Shown here one piece after another: positions 9,489 to 17,097 of a DNA stretch of 64,000 nt. Every line of letters begins with the position of its first letter. The stretch's first letter is position 1. Under the pieces are notes generated by a model that saw nothing but the letters and a program-made list of their open reading frames with translations, did not search any database and was not told the origin of the DNA. The DNA comes from a virus (lineage: Duplodnaviria; Heunggongvirae; Uroviricota; Caudoviricetes). The stretch covers positions 2,042-66,041 of IMG/VR virus record IMGVR_UViG_3300029305_004380. One strand, 5' to 3'. Made by a program: the position numbers and the translations under genes.

Positions 9489-9976
9489 TATAAATCTCCT
9501 TTATCACTTATGTAATTGTCCCATATCATTTGTAGATAATCATAATAATCATATTGCATTGCCCATTCTACATCAGATTCTTTATTCCATGAAAATGCTT
9601 TTTTATTTGCAAATAACGCAAGAAATTTATTAAAATACTCTTTTTGACTTAAATTACCATTTATAGGTTCTCCATTAGGAAATAACGTTTTACATACAGG
9701 AACTATAGTTGCAAAATATGTATGAATATCTTTTATATCCATTTCTCTCTGAAACATTAACATCCAAGCAGCTTGATTTAAGTCTTGAATATTCTTACTT
9801 GTAATCTTAATAATATTAGATACTATATCATTAATATAAAGTGATAAATTTTGAGCATTTTCAAGTGAATTAGCAGAATATTTACTGATCATCGTTTTCA
9901 TTATAAATTCTGCATTTTTATCATTAAGTAAATCATTAATTTTTTGTTCATTTTCATCAGATATATATTTATTCAT
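9488..9976 (-). CDS. hypothetical protein (162 aa)
   Basis: ORF track. Confidence 0.5.
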   Translation of the reverse strand: MNKYISDENEQKINDLLNDKNAEFIMKTMISKYSANSLENAQNLSLYINDIVSNIIKITSKNIQDLNQAAWMLMFQREMDIKDIHTYFATIVPVCKTLFPNGEPINGNLSQKEYFNKFLALFANKKAFSWNKESDVEWAMQYDYYDYLQMIWDNYISDKGDL

Positions 9977-9977
9977 A

Positions 9978-10289
9978 TTAATATCCTCCTAATAAATCTC
10001 TTGTTACTTTTCCAGTTAATAAGTCACAAACTGTATTCATATTATGAGTTTTACTTACTAATTCTTTTATATCTTCAGAAGATAAATTAGTTAACTTATT
10101 TAATTCTTCTATAGCTTTATTAGCATGTTCCAATTTAGTTTTAAGTATTTCATTTTCTTTAATAAGTGAATATTTTTCATCCAACAATTCATCTCTACTT
10201 TTTGTTAATGTTTTGATAGTTTTATTTTTAGAATCTATAATTCCTTGAAAATGTTTTTCAGCGGCTGAAAATTTCTTTCCTTTTGACAT
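9978..10289 (-). CDS. coiled-coil protein (103 aa)
   Basis: ORF track; heptad-like K/E/L-rich sequence. Confidence 0.5.
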   Translation of the reverse strand: MSKGKKFSAAEKHFQGIIDSKNKTIKTLTKSRDELLDEKYSLIKENEILKTKLEHANKAIEELNKLTNLSSEDIKELVSKTHNMNTVCDLLTGKVTRDLLGGY

Positions 10290-10294
10290 TTTAC

Positions 10295-10552
10295 TTACAC
10301 CTCTTCCAACACTAAACGTTTAAAATTATTATTTAAAAAACTAACAACTACATTATCCTCGTGAAAATCTGTATATATTTCATCTCTTGTCACGTGTTCA
10401 AGTATTGCGTCGGTAACTATAATACGTCCATACTCTTCTTTTGTTATAAACCTTTTTATTCTAAAAAGTCTTAGATAACTAAATCTATTTTCAGGATTTA
10501 TCCCAATTATAATATCATCACGTTTAAAATTACAATTATAAAATTCATTCAT
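10295..10552 (-). CDS. hypothetical protein (85 aa)
   Basis: ORF track. Confidence 0.5.
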   Translation of the reverse strand: MNEFYNCNFKRDDIIIGINPENRFSYLRLFRIKRFITKEEYGRIIVTDAILEHVTRDEIYTDFHEDNVVVSFLNNNFKRLVLEEV

Positions 10553-10563
10553 TTAAATTCACC

Positions 10564-10938
10564 TCAAAATTGATATTCAGATGCACACTTGTTACAAACC
10601 TTTACTACTTCATTTTCTGAATCTACCGGTTCACCGCAACATTCACATATATTTCCATTAAATCTTTTAGATGGTCTTGTAATAGTTTTCTGTGAAAAAG
10701 TTGCTACTGGTTCTTCAATAGGAACTTCATGATAATCAATTCCTAATATTGTTTCTTCTTCATTTAGCTCTAATTCTCTATCAATAGGAGCTAAACGAAG
10801 TGAATATTTTAACTGATTTTTAGGGTGTCCATTAGTATGTGTAGCAATAGACGTAATATTAGCATCTCCGTGCATATACAAATAATTTCCAATAATTTGA
10901 TGTAATTCTGATAATTTTACTACTCTTTTAGTTTTCAT
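10564..10938 (-). CDS. protein with C-terminal zinc ribbon (124 aa)
   Basis: ORF track; CECCGEP...CNKC motif. Confidence 0.5.
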   Translation of the reverse strand: MKTKRVVKLSELHQIIGNYLYMHGDANITSIATHTNGHPKNQLKYSLRLAPIDRELELNEEETILGIDYHEVPIEEPVATFSQKTITRPSKRFNGNICECCGEPVDSENEVVKVCNKCASEYQF

Positions 10939-11161
10939 TGTATCATCTCCTTTTAATCAATATTGTCAAGTGCATCGATTAATCTTTCATACGACAATGA
11001 TCTTTCAACTCCAAAAACTTCTACGTCATCATCACTTCTTTTTCCACTACTTAATTTTTCAATTGATTCATTTAGCATCGATATTATATTTTTTGCATCT
11101 TCTATTGATAGTGTTATATTTTTCATATTTAGTATCTCCTTTACAACTATAATCTATTACA

Positions 11162-11190
11162 ATTATAACACATTCTTTTATAATTGTAAA
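11162..11190 (-). promoter_or_regulatory. sigma-A-type promoter P1 inside a conserved approximately 70 bp cassette
   Basis: Read on the minus strand: TTTACA at 11190-11185, a 17 bp spacer ending TGT, and TATAAT at 11167-11162. The cassette (about 11150-11225) also carries the upstream direct repeat TTACAATTATAA. Confidence 0.6.
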
Positions 11191-11271
11191 CCGTTTTTTT
11201 ATAATTGTAATTAAACTGTAATATTATTTATCTATTAGCTTTTCAATATTTTTATTATTTGACATAATTAC

Positions 11272-12525
11272 TCACTCCGATGACTTAAAATTATATACAG
11301 GCTTAATAAGCTTTATAATCTCTACTGTATCTTCAATATTATTTACAATATCATTAATATTCTTATATGCTTGAGGAGATTCATCGAGAGTACCTTCATT
11401 AATACATGTAGAATAAATACCTGTCATAGATTCTGCAAAATCAGAAAGACTAATAGTTTCTTTAGCTTTACCTCTACTCATTAATCTACCAGCACCATGA
11501 GGAGCTGAATTATTGTAATCCTCGTTTCCTTTACCTTTACAAATAAGAACTCCATCTCTCATATTAATAGGAATAACTAACATTTGTCCTTCATAAGCAG
11601 CGACCGCACCTTTTCTAATTATGTTATCATCTCCAATATAATTATGAATCGTATCAAACCATTCGGTCTTAATATTATATTTCCCTTTTTGTTTAATTCT
11701 TAACTTTCCACTAGTAGATAATTGAACTTGACAATCATTGAAATAATTCTTTATAAGTTCTTCAGCGATTGTAAATCTATTCAGTGCAGCGTATTTCTGA
11801 CAAATTCTCATATCATGTAAATATTTATCTTTATCTTCACCAATAAGATAAAGTAAATTTTTAGGAATCTTATCTAACTTTGACTTATAATTATTTATGG
11901 CTTCTTGAATATCAGATTCCCTTCCAGATGCTTTCATTTCTGCTATTAAGGAATTTATATTATTCTTATCTTCTTCCTTTCCAGCTTTATTTTGATAATA
12001 CTTACATACGTCTAATCCTAAATGTCTAGAACCAGTATGAATCATAAGATATTTGTTTCCTTCAAAATCTTCATCAATTTCACAAAAATGATTCCCCGAA
12101 CCAAGCGAGCCGATAGCTCTTAATACTTTATCATATTGATGTTTTACCACATCTTTATAACAATACATATTTTCAAGTTCGTCAAATTTCTTTTTCTGTT
12201 TTGAATTAACTTCAAATCCGAAAGCAACATTTTCACGAAGTATTTTATCAAATCTCTTATAATCTATATCAACATTTCCTAATGGAATTGTTAGTACACC
12301 ACAACCAATATCGACTCCAACTAAATTAGGAACTACTTTATCTCCTAAATTAGCTGTAAATCCTATAACACATCCTGCTCCAGCGTGACAATCAGGTTGA
12401 ATTCTTATTTTACAACCTTCAACAAAAGGCTGATTTAATAATTGTATTATCTGACATATACACTCATCTTCTATAACATCTGTAAATACTTTAGCAGTAC
12501 CATATTTTCCTTTAAGTTCTAACAT
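11272..12525 (-). CDS. rtcB: RtcB-family RNA 3'-phosphate/5'-OH ligase (417 aa after start trimming)
   Basis: RtcB signatures QPDCHAGAGCVIG, VGVDIGCGV and GSGNHFCEID. The start is reassigned to the ATG at 12525 (MLELKGK...), which has a GGAGG ribosome-binding site and overlaps the stop of the upstream gene. The ORF-track N-terminus at 12570 is a read-through artefact. Confidence 0.85.
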   Translation of the reverse strand: MLELKGKYGTAKVFTDVIEDECICQIIQLLNQPFVEGCKIRIQPDCHAGAGCVIGFTANLGDKVVPNLVGVDIGCGVLTIPLGNVDIDYKRFDKILRENVAFGFEVNSKQKKKFDELENMYCYKDVVKHQYDKVLRAIGSLGSGNHFCEIDEDFEGNKYLMIHTGSRHLGLDVCKYYQNKAGKEEDKNNINSLIAEMKASGRESDIQEAINNYKSKLDKIPKNLLYLIGEDKDKYLHDMRICQKYAALNRFTIAEELIKNYFNDCQVQLSTSGKLRIKQKGKYNIKTEWFDTIHNYIGDDNIIRKGAVAAYEGQMLVIPINMRDGVLICKGKGNEDYNNSAPHGAGRLMSRGKAKETISLSDFAESMTGIYSTCINEGTLDESPQAYKNINDIVNNIEDTVEIIKLIKPVYNFKSSE

Positions 12526-12526
12526 T

Positions 12527-12838
12527 TTATTCCTCCACTTTTGTAGGTTTATAAAGAGTAGCATCTTCAAGTTCTTCTAAATCGTAAATAATGCTATTAA
12601 GTTTATCTATTACAAGTTCATTAACTTTAAATCCATTTTTATCAATAATACGTTTATCATAACTTATATGATGAATAGCTTCATCTATTCGGCTATATGC
12701 TTCTTTTATTAACCCTTTATATTTTTTATTTTCATTTTCATCTCTTGGAGTTATTTCATAAGCTTTCATAATGTTAATCCTCTCTATAATAAATTCTATA
12801 ATTTTTAAATATAACTCTATTAATAAGTTTAGTCCCAA
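12527..12838 (-). CDS. hypothetical protein (103 aa)
   Basis: ORF track; its stop abuts the rtcB start. Confidence 0.5.
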   Translation of the reverse strand: MGLNLLIELYLKIIEFIIERINIMKAYEITPRDENENKKYKGLIKEAYSRIDEAIHHISYDKRIIDKNGFKVNELVIDKLNSIIYDLEELEDATLYKPTKVEE

Positions 12839-13530
12839 TATGCGTTAATATTTTCATAATCAGGATAATTTTCTTTCATATAAGCGTCTAACTTTACTCT
12901 TAAAGCATCTTTTATCTTATTATCACTGTCATAATCACCTACAGGTGGTATACACTCTGTACTAAAAATAACTATTTCACCATCTTTTACAATTCCTTGA
13001 TAATCTGAATTTTTCCACACTTCATAATCAGAACTTTCATCTGCAACACGAGTCACAATAGTTTGATATCTTGTATTAAAGTTGATAAATGCATCTCTAT
13101 CATAAAATGCAGCTTTATAAAAGAAATCTGCTCTCTTTTTTCCCTTATTGTCAAATAAATTATTCCACATTGAATGGTCCGTTGCTTCAATTTTCCAACC
13201 TTCAGGAAGTACTACATTATAAAATAAATCGTCGCACTCATCAACAATAACAATTCCCATTTTCTCATATTGTTGTCTTGTGTATTTAATGTTATTTTGC
13301 ATAATAATCTTGTGTCTTTCTTCCCATTCCATTGAATCCTCTACACCGTTCCATCTTACCTCATTTGGCAGACAAACGTCATTTAACTTCTTTGGTAGTC
13401 TTTGATTTCTTACAACTGATTGTTGACCTCTTCTTTCCTGATTTTCAATAGCTTTAGAAGGATTTTCACCTTCCATTGCATATAGTATTGCATCCATAAA
13501 AGTAATCATATTATCATTATTCATTTTCAT
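12829..13530 (-). CDS. hypothetical protein (233 aa)
   Basis: ORF track. Confidence 0.5.
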   Translation of the reverse strand: MKMNNDNMITFMDAILYAMEGENPSKAIENQERRGQQSVVRNQRLPKKLNDVCLPNEVRWNGVEDSMEWEERHKIIMQNNIKYTRQQYEKMGIVIVDECDDLFYNVVLPEGWKIEATDHSMWNNLFDNKGKKRADFFYKAAFYDRDAFINFNTRYQTIVTRVADESSDYEVWKNSDYQGIVKDGEIVIFSTECIPPVGDYDSDNKIKDALRVKLDAYMKENYPDYENINAYWD

Positions 13531-13536
13531 TCTCCT

Positions 13537-13821
13537 TTAATTAAAATTAGGTTCGTATTTGACAGCTTTTTGTTCTTTAGTATATTCTACTTTACCACAT
13601 TTCTTACAAGTTCTACTCCATCTATCCACTTTCTTTTCAGTATGACCAACTAATTCAGGATAATAATCTGATCCTTGGAATCTTGTCTCATATCTTGGTT
13701 CTTTTACTATTTCCGGGTCAAACTTTACTTTATCCCATTCATGACAACAATTAGATTGTTCTCTATGTAGTTCTCTTAATTCTCTTTCATATCTAGCTCT
13801 TATTTCTTCTTCTCTTGTCAT
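13537..13821 (-). CDS. zinc-ribbon protein (about 94 aa, start trimmed to the second ATG)
   Basis: CCHEW...CKKCGK motif. A GGAGG ribosome-binding site lies 8 nt upstream of the ATG at 13821. The upstream 18 nt of the ORF-track call is the ribosome-binding region. Confidence 0.5.
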   Translation of the reverse strand: MTREEEIRARYERELRELHREQSNCCHEWDKVKFDPEIVKEPRYETRFQGSDYYPELVGHTEKKVDRWSRTCKKCGKVEYTKEQKAVKYEPNFN

Positions 13822-13835
13822 AATTAAACCTCCAA

Positions 13836-13955
13836 TCATATATATTTACATTTTCTAAAGTTTTGACATTTTCGACATCTAACCCAGTATAAATATTCTT
13901 TACCTTTGGTTATTTTACTTAATTCTTTACAAGATTTATTCATCATATCTTTCAT
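13836..13955 (-). CDS. 39 aa Cys-rich miniprotein (MKDMMNKSCKELSKITKGKEYLYWVRCRKCQNFRKCKYI)
   Basis: Manual translation; the start follows a tandem TAA TAA stop of the upstream small gene. The stop TGA lies in the ribosome-binding-site region of the next gene. Confidence 0.3.
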   Translation of the reverse strand: MKDMMNKSCKELSKITKGKEYLYWVRCRKCQNFRKCKYI

Positions 13956-13959
13956 ATTA

Positions 13960-14127
13960 TTATTCATCAAATTCATCAAATTCATTCACTTCTTCTTTTA
14001 ATTCTTCTAAACAATTTCTACATAATGGAATTCTAATACCATTTACTATCAAAACACCTTTAGTGGTGTTTCCACATATATCGTAGTTTTCATCAAAGTA
14101 ATCTTTTACTTCTAATTTAATAGACAT
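13960..14127 (-). CDS. 55 aa zinc-ribbon miniprotein with acidic FDEFDE tail
   Basis: Manual translation gives MSIKLEVKDYFDENYDICGNTTKGVLIVNGIRIPLCRNCLEEL... A GGAGG ribosome-binding site lies 8 nt upstream. The ATG follows the stop of gene 14131..14349. Confidence 0.35.
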   Translation of the reverse strand: MSIKLEVKDYFDENYDICGNTTKGVLIVNGIRIPLCRNCLEELKEEVNEFDEFDE

Positions 14128-14130
14128 GAT

Positions 14131-14349
14131 TTATTCCTCCAATTCATAATTATGTACTCTACTATAATCTATATTTTCACCCAACCATGACAACATTGTA
14201 GAAGTTAATTCTCCATCAATATATAGATTTACTATCCCGCTATGAATACTTCCATCACTAGCAATTGCAACTTTTTCAAAATTAAATATTTCAAACGTTC
14301 GTCCATCTTTTAAATAACCTTTTGAATTTACGTTTATAATTACCGTCAT
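14131..14349 (-). CDS. hypothetical protein (72 aa)
   Basis: ORF track. Confidence 0.45.
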   Translation of the reverse strand: MTVIINVNSKGYLKDGRTFEIFNFEKVAIASDGSIHSGIVNLYIDGELTSTMLSWLGENIDYSRVHNYELEE

Positions 14350-14412
14350 ATGATACTCCTTATTTGAATAACTGCTTTCTAAGATTTTTATTATTTAAAT
14401 ATTTTTCTTATA

Positions 14413-14688
14413 TTAATAAAATTCTTTTTCAAGACGAATATTATTTTCTTTTACTAATAAACTGAGTTTTTCTTTTTCACAAACCAATTTATTATATTTA
14501 TCTTCAAACATCTTATATTTTTCACAAGTTTTATCGTACGAATTAAAACATTTTATTGCATCGCCTGCCCATTCAATATCTTCATTAATCTTTTTAATCT
14601 GATTTAAAAGTCTCTCTTGACTTCTAATTAATTTTTCAAATTCTTCAAATGAACCATTCTTCCATTTTAACATTTGTTCTAAAGTCAT
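14413..14688 (-). CDS. hypothetical protein (91 aa after trimming; first gene behind P2)
   Basis: Start moved to MTLEQMLKWKNG at 14688, which has an AAGGAGG ribosome-binding site. The upstream 50 codons of the ORF-track call run through promoter P2 and a terminator hairpin. Confidence 0.5.
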   Translation of the reverse strand: MTLEQMLKWKNGSFEEFEKLIRSQERLLNQIKKINEDIEWAGDAIKCFNSYDKTCEKYKMFEDKYNKLVCEKEKLSLLVKENNIRLEKEFY

Positions 14689-14719
14689 TTTATTAACCTC
14701 CTTTATATTTTCTAATATA

Positions 14720-14748
14720 ATTATAACATAAAAATTTATAATTGTAAA
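14720..14748 (-). promoter_or_regulatory. sigma-A-type promoter P2 inside the conserved cassette
   Basis: Read on the minus strand: TTTACA at 14748-14743, a 17 bp spacer ending TGT, and TATAAT at 14725-14720. The start of gene 14688 lies about 30 nt downstream. Confidence 0.65.
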
Positions 14749-14784
14749 CCCTTTTCTTATAATTGTAATAAAACTGTAAAAATA

Positions 14785-14815
14785 AAAGGAGTCTCTTATG
14801 AGACTCCTTTTTATA
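14785..14815 (-). terminator. intrinsic terminator hairpin (GGAGTCTC / GAGACTCC) with flanking A and T runs
   Basis: An 8-10 bp GC-containing stem and a 6 nt loop. A-run on one side and T-run on the other, so it is bidirectional. It is immediately upstream (in transcription order) of the P2 cassette. Confidence 0.6.
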
Positions 14816-15137
14816 TTAATAATATTTAAACTATACACTATATTTTTAATAACTTATCATATAAACAAAACAAACAAATAACTAAAAATCTAATTTATAC
14901 TCATTTTTACTCGGCACAATACATTTACATTCACTTCATAATAAACTTTAAAGAGGTAATCTATATCAAATAGTTTAAATATTATGATTATATTTTATTA
15001 TTAATTTTATCTATTAATAACTGTTTACAAATATTTAATGCAATCACCCATTCAGAATTTATATATTCATCCGATTCAATATAATCATTTATTAATCTTA
15101 TAATTTCTTGATAAGTCATTTCATATCACATCTTTCA

Positions 15138-15659
15138 TCATAATTGAGGTAACATTTCCAATAATTCTTCAATCTTATTTTTAGTATTATCAGATAATAT
15201 CATTTTATCTTTATTATTATCATACCAATGCTTTGCAGTACTTTTAGGATTATTATATTTAAATGATGACCAATCACATAACATTTCTATAATACAATTT
15301 AAAGGCATATCTAATATTTTTTGTTCACCTGAATCTTTTTGTAAAATCCAATATTGCCAATGATGATCATTACATTTTTGATGATGGTTCCAAGCTTCAT
15401 CATATAATGCTTCATTATCGGCACCTGCTTTAGATGGATAAAAATGATGCAAATATGGATAAAATTCTACATCATCATACTTAGATGCATCATGATTATT
15501 TATTTTATGTTCTAATTCATGCTCATTAAAATCAAACATTGTTAAAAGATCATCTTTTATAGATTCATAAGATTTCTTAACGCCATCTATATGATTTTCT
15601 AAATATTTATAATATTCTTCAGATCTATCAGATACTCTTTCAGTTAATATTTTCAACAT
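15138..15659 (-). CDS. HD-like metal-dependent hydrolase family protein, paralogue A (173 aa)
   Basis: Shares the motifs HD-x-SK, LHH, HHW(Q/E)YW and (L/I)CDW with 18677..19219. Confidence 0.5.
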   Translation of the reverse strand: MLKILTERVSDRSEEYYKYLENHIDGVKKSYESIKDDLLTMFDFNEHELEHKINNHDASKYDDVEFYPYLHHFYPSKAGADNEALYDEAWNHHQKCNDHHWQYWILQKDSGEQKILDMPLNCIIEMLCDWSSFKYNNPKSTAKHWYDNNKDKMILSDNTKNKIEELLEMLPQL

Positions 15660-15674
15660 TTATTTTCTCCTTTA

Positions 15675-15716
15675 AAAAATAAACATGAGACATTTTAATC
15701 ATGTCTCATGTTTAAT
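15675..15716 (-). terminator. intrinsic terminator, 13 bp stem (AAACATGAGACAT / ATGTCTCATGTTT)
   Basis: Perfect inverted repeat flanked by A and T runs. It sits between the HU gene and the next gene. Confidence 0.6.
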
Positions 15717-15720
15717 AAAA

Positions 15721-15996
15721 TTATTCATTTATAAGTTTTCTTACAGTAGGTGAAAATCTAAATTTAGGATTTTTCTTAGCAGGACTTACTTTTTCTTCAC
15801 CTGTTTTTGGGTTTCTTACTACTCTTTCAGGTTGATCTATTGCTTCAAATTTTCCAAAACTATAAATTTCTACCTTTTCACCATTCTTTAAATTTTCATT
15901 TACTAATTGTACAAATGTATCAATAACCCCTGTAACAGTGTTAATTGATTCTCCTGTAGATATTGCAATCTTTTCGATTAATTCTTGTTTTTTCAT
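15721..15996 (-). CDS. HU/IHF-family histone-like DNA-binding protein (91 aa after start trimming)
   Basis: MKKQELIEKIA...FGKFE...RNPKTGEE is a classic HU signature. A GGAG ribosome-binding site precedes the ATG at 15996. Confidence 0.8.
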   Translation of the reverse strand: MKKQELIEKIAISTGESINTVTGVIDTFVQLVNENLKNGEKVEIYSFGKFEAIDQPERVVRNPKTGEEKVSPAKKNPKFRFSPTVRKLINE

Positions 15997-16022
15997 AATA
16001 TTTCTCCTTTTATTTAATAATA

Positions 16023-16325
16023 TCACTGCTTATTATATTCATCTAATGCTTTATAAATAGCAGTTTCAAACTTAACACGTGTATCAGCTGTAATAGGATG
16101 ATATATATCAAAAAATCCAGAAACCGGATTATTTTTTTCATCCAATGCAGTGATTTTTTGTGATGGAAATGCAATAAACTTTTTCTTATTTCCATTTTCT
16201 ATTTTTTCAATAACCCTAATATTATGCAAAACCATTTCATTGTCTATTAATACTGAAACTAATGCTTTAACAGGTTTAGTAGGATCATTATAAACTTTTT
16301 TTACTTGAACGCTTGTAATTATCAT
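16023..16325 (-). CDS. spoVG: SpoVG-like protein (100 aa)
   Basis: The pattern VxVL(I)DNEMVLHNIRVIE...FIAFPS...DIYHPIT(A)DTR matches the SpoVG family consensus. Confidence 0.7.
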   Translation of the reverse strand: MIITSVQVKKVYNDPTKPVKALVSVLIDNEMVLHNIRVIEKIENGNKKKFIAFPSQKITALDEKNNPVSGFFDIYHPITADTRVKFETAIYKALDEYNKQ

Positions 16326-16388
16326 GTCTTTTTATCTCCTTAATTATTTTTATATTTATATTTTATTATTTTAAATGTAAAAACGTAT

Positions 16389-17045
16389 TTAATAAATTAA
16401 TTCATTAATAGGAGTGTTATATTTACATATTTTCCAATTTGAACAAAATTTAGAATTATAATTACGTTTTAAACATAATATAGCTGCTTCATTTTCAGTG
16501 CAATTAACATTATATACTTCATTATAAAAGTCTATATTATTAATATTACTAATACTTATTTTATATGAATTATTTGAATTTTTAGTCTTATTAGCAAATC
16601 CTATATGAGTTCTATTAGTAGATATATAATAAAAAGTCCAATAATCTTTATATTTAGTAGTCGGATATAATAGTTCCCATATATATGAACTAAATTTATT
16701 TATTTTATTAGAAATTTTAGCATTATATTCATTAAGTTTAGTATCTATTTCATTATTATTTACGATATTTTGCTGCATAAAATAATTATCATTAATATTT
16801 AAACTAATAAATCTCATATCTTTACTTATTTTTAAAATATAATACAATTTACCATTTCTAAAATTACAATTAAAATATTTGTTTATTTTTCTTAAATCCG
16901 ATATATTCATTAATCTATAAAATAATATGTTAATACAATCTTCTTTCTCTTCTATAATCATATTTCGTACATTATCTATTTTTGTATTTAAACTTATACC
17001 AATTAATATTTTTAAATATTTTAAATTGTTTGCACTTATATTCAT
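16389..17045 (-). CDS. Asn/Ile-rich low-complexity protein (218 aa), unknown
   Basis: ORF track. Extremely AT-rich codons. Lies directly downstream of the MTase-like gene. Confidence 0.4.
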   Translation of the reverse strand: MNISANNLKYLKILIGISLNTKIDNVRNMIIEEKEDCINILFYRLMNISDLRKINKYFNCNFRNGKLYYILKISKDMRFISLNINDNYFMQQNIVNNNEIDTKLNEYNAKISNKINKFSSYIWELLYPTTKYKDYWTFYYISTNRTHIGFANKTKNSNNSYKISISNINNIDFYNEVYNVNCTENEAAILCLKRNYNSKFCSNWKICKYNTPINELIY

Positions 17046-17097
17046 AATAATTCTCCTCTAATGCTTATTTAATGTAATTTGGAATTATATAGTATAT

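Noticed and set aside
13958-13986. Short tandem repeat attcatcaa x2.5
   Set aside because: It lies within the coding sequence of the 55 aa miniprotein, where it encodes the acidic FDEFDE tail. It is not an independent repeat element.
14689-14838. N-terminal 50 codons of ORF 14413..14838 (and similar 5' extensions of 11272..12570, 15721..16026, 19833..20102, 44294..44602, 13537..13839)
   Set aside because: The extensions run through promoter P2, terminator hairpins or ribosome-binding sites. Internal ATGs with good GGAG spacing, which match family N-termini (RtcB, HU, GroES, SpoIIID), were used instead.
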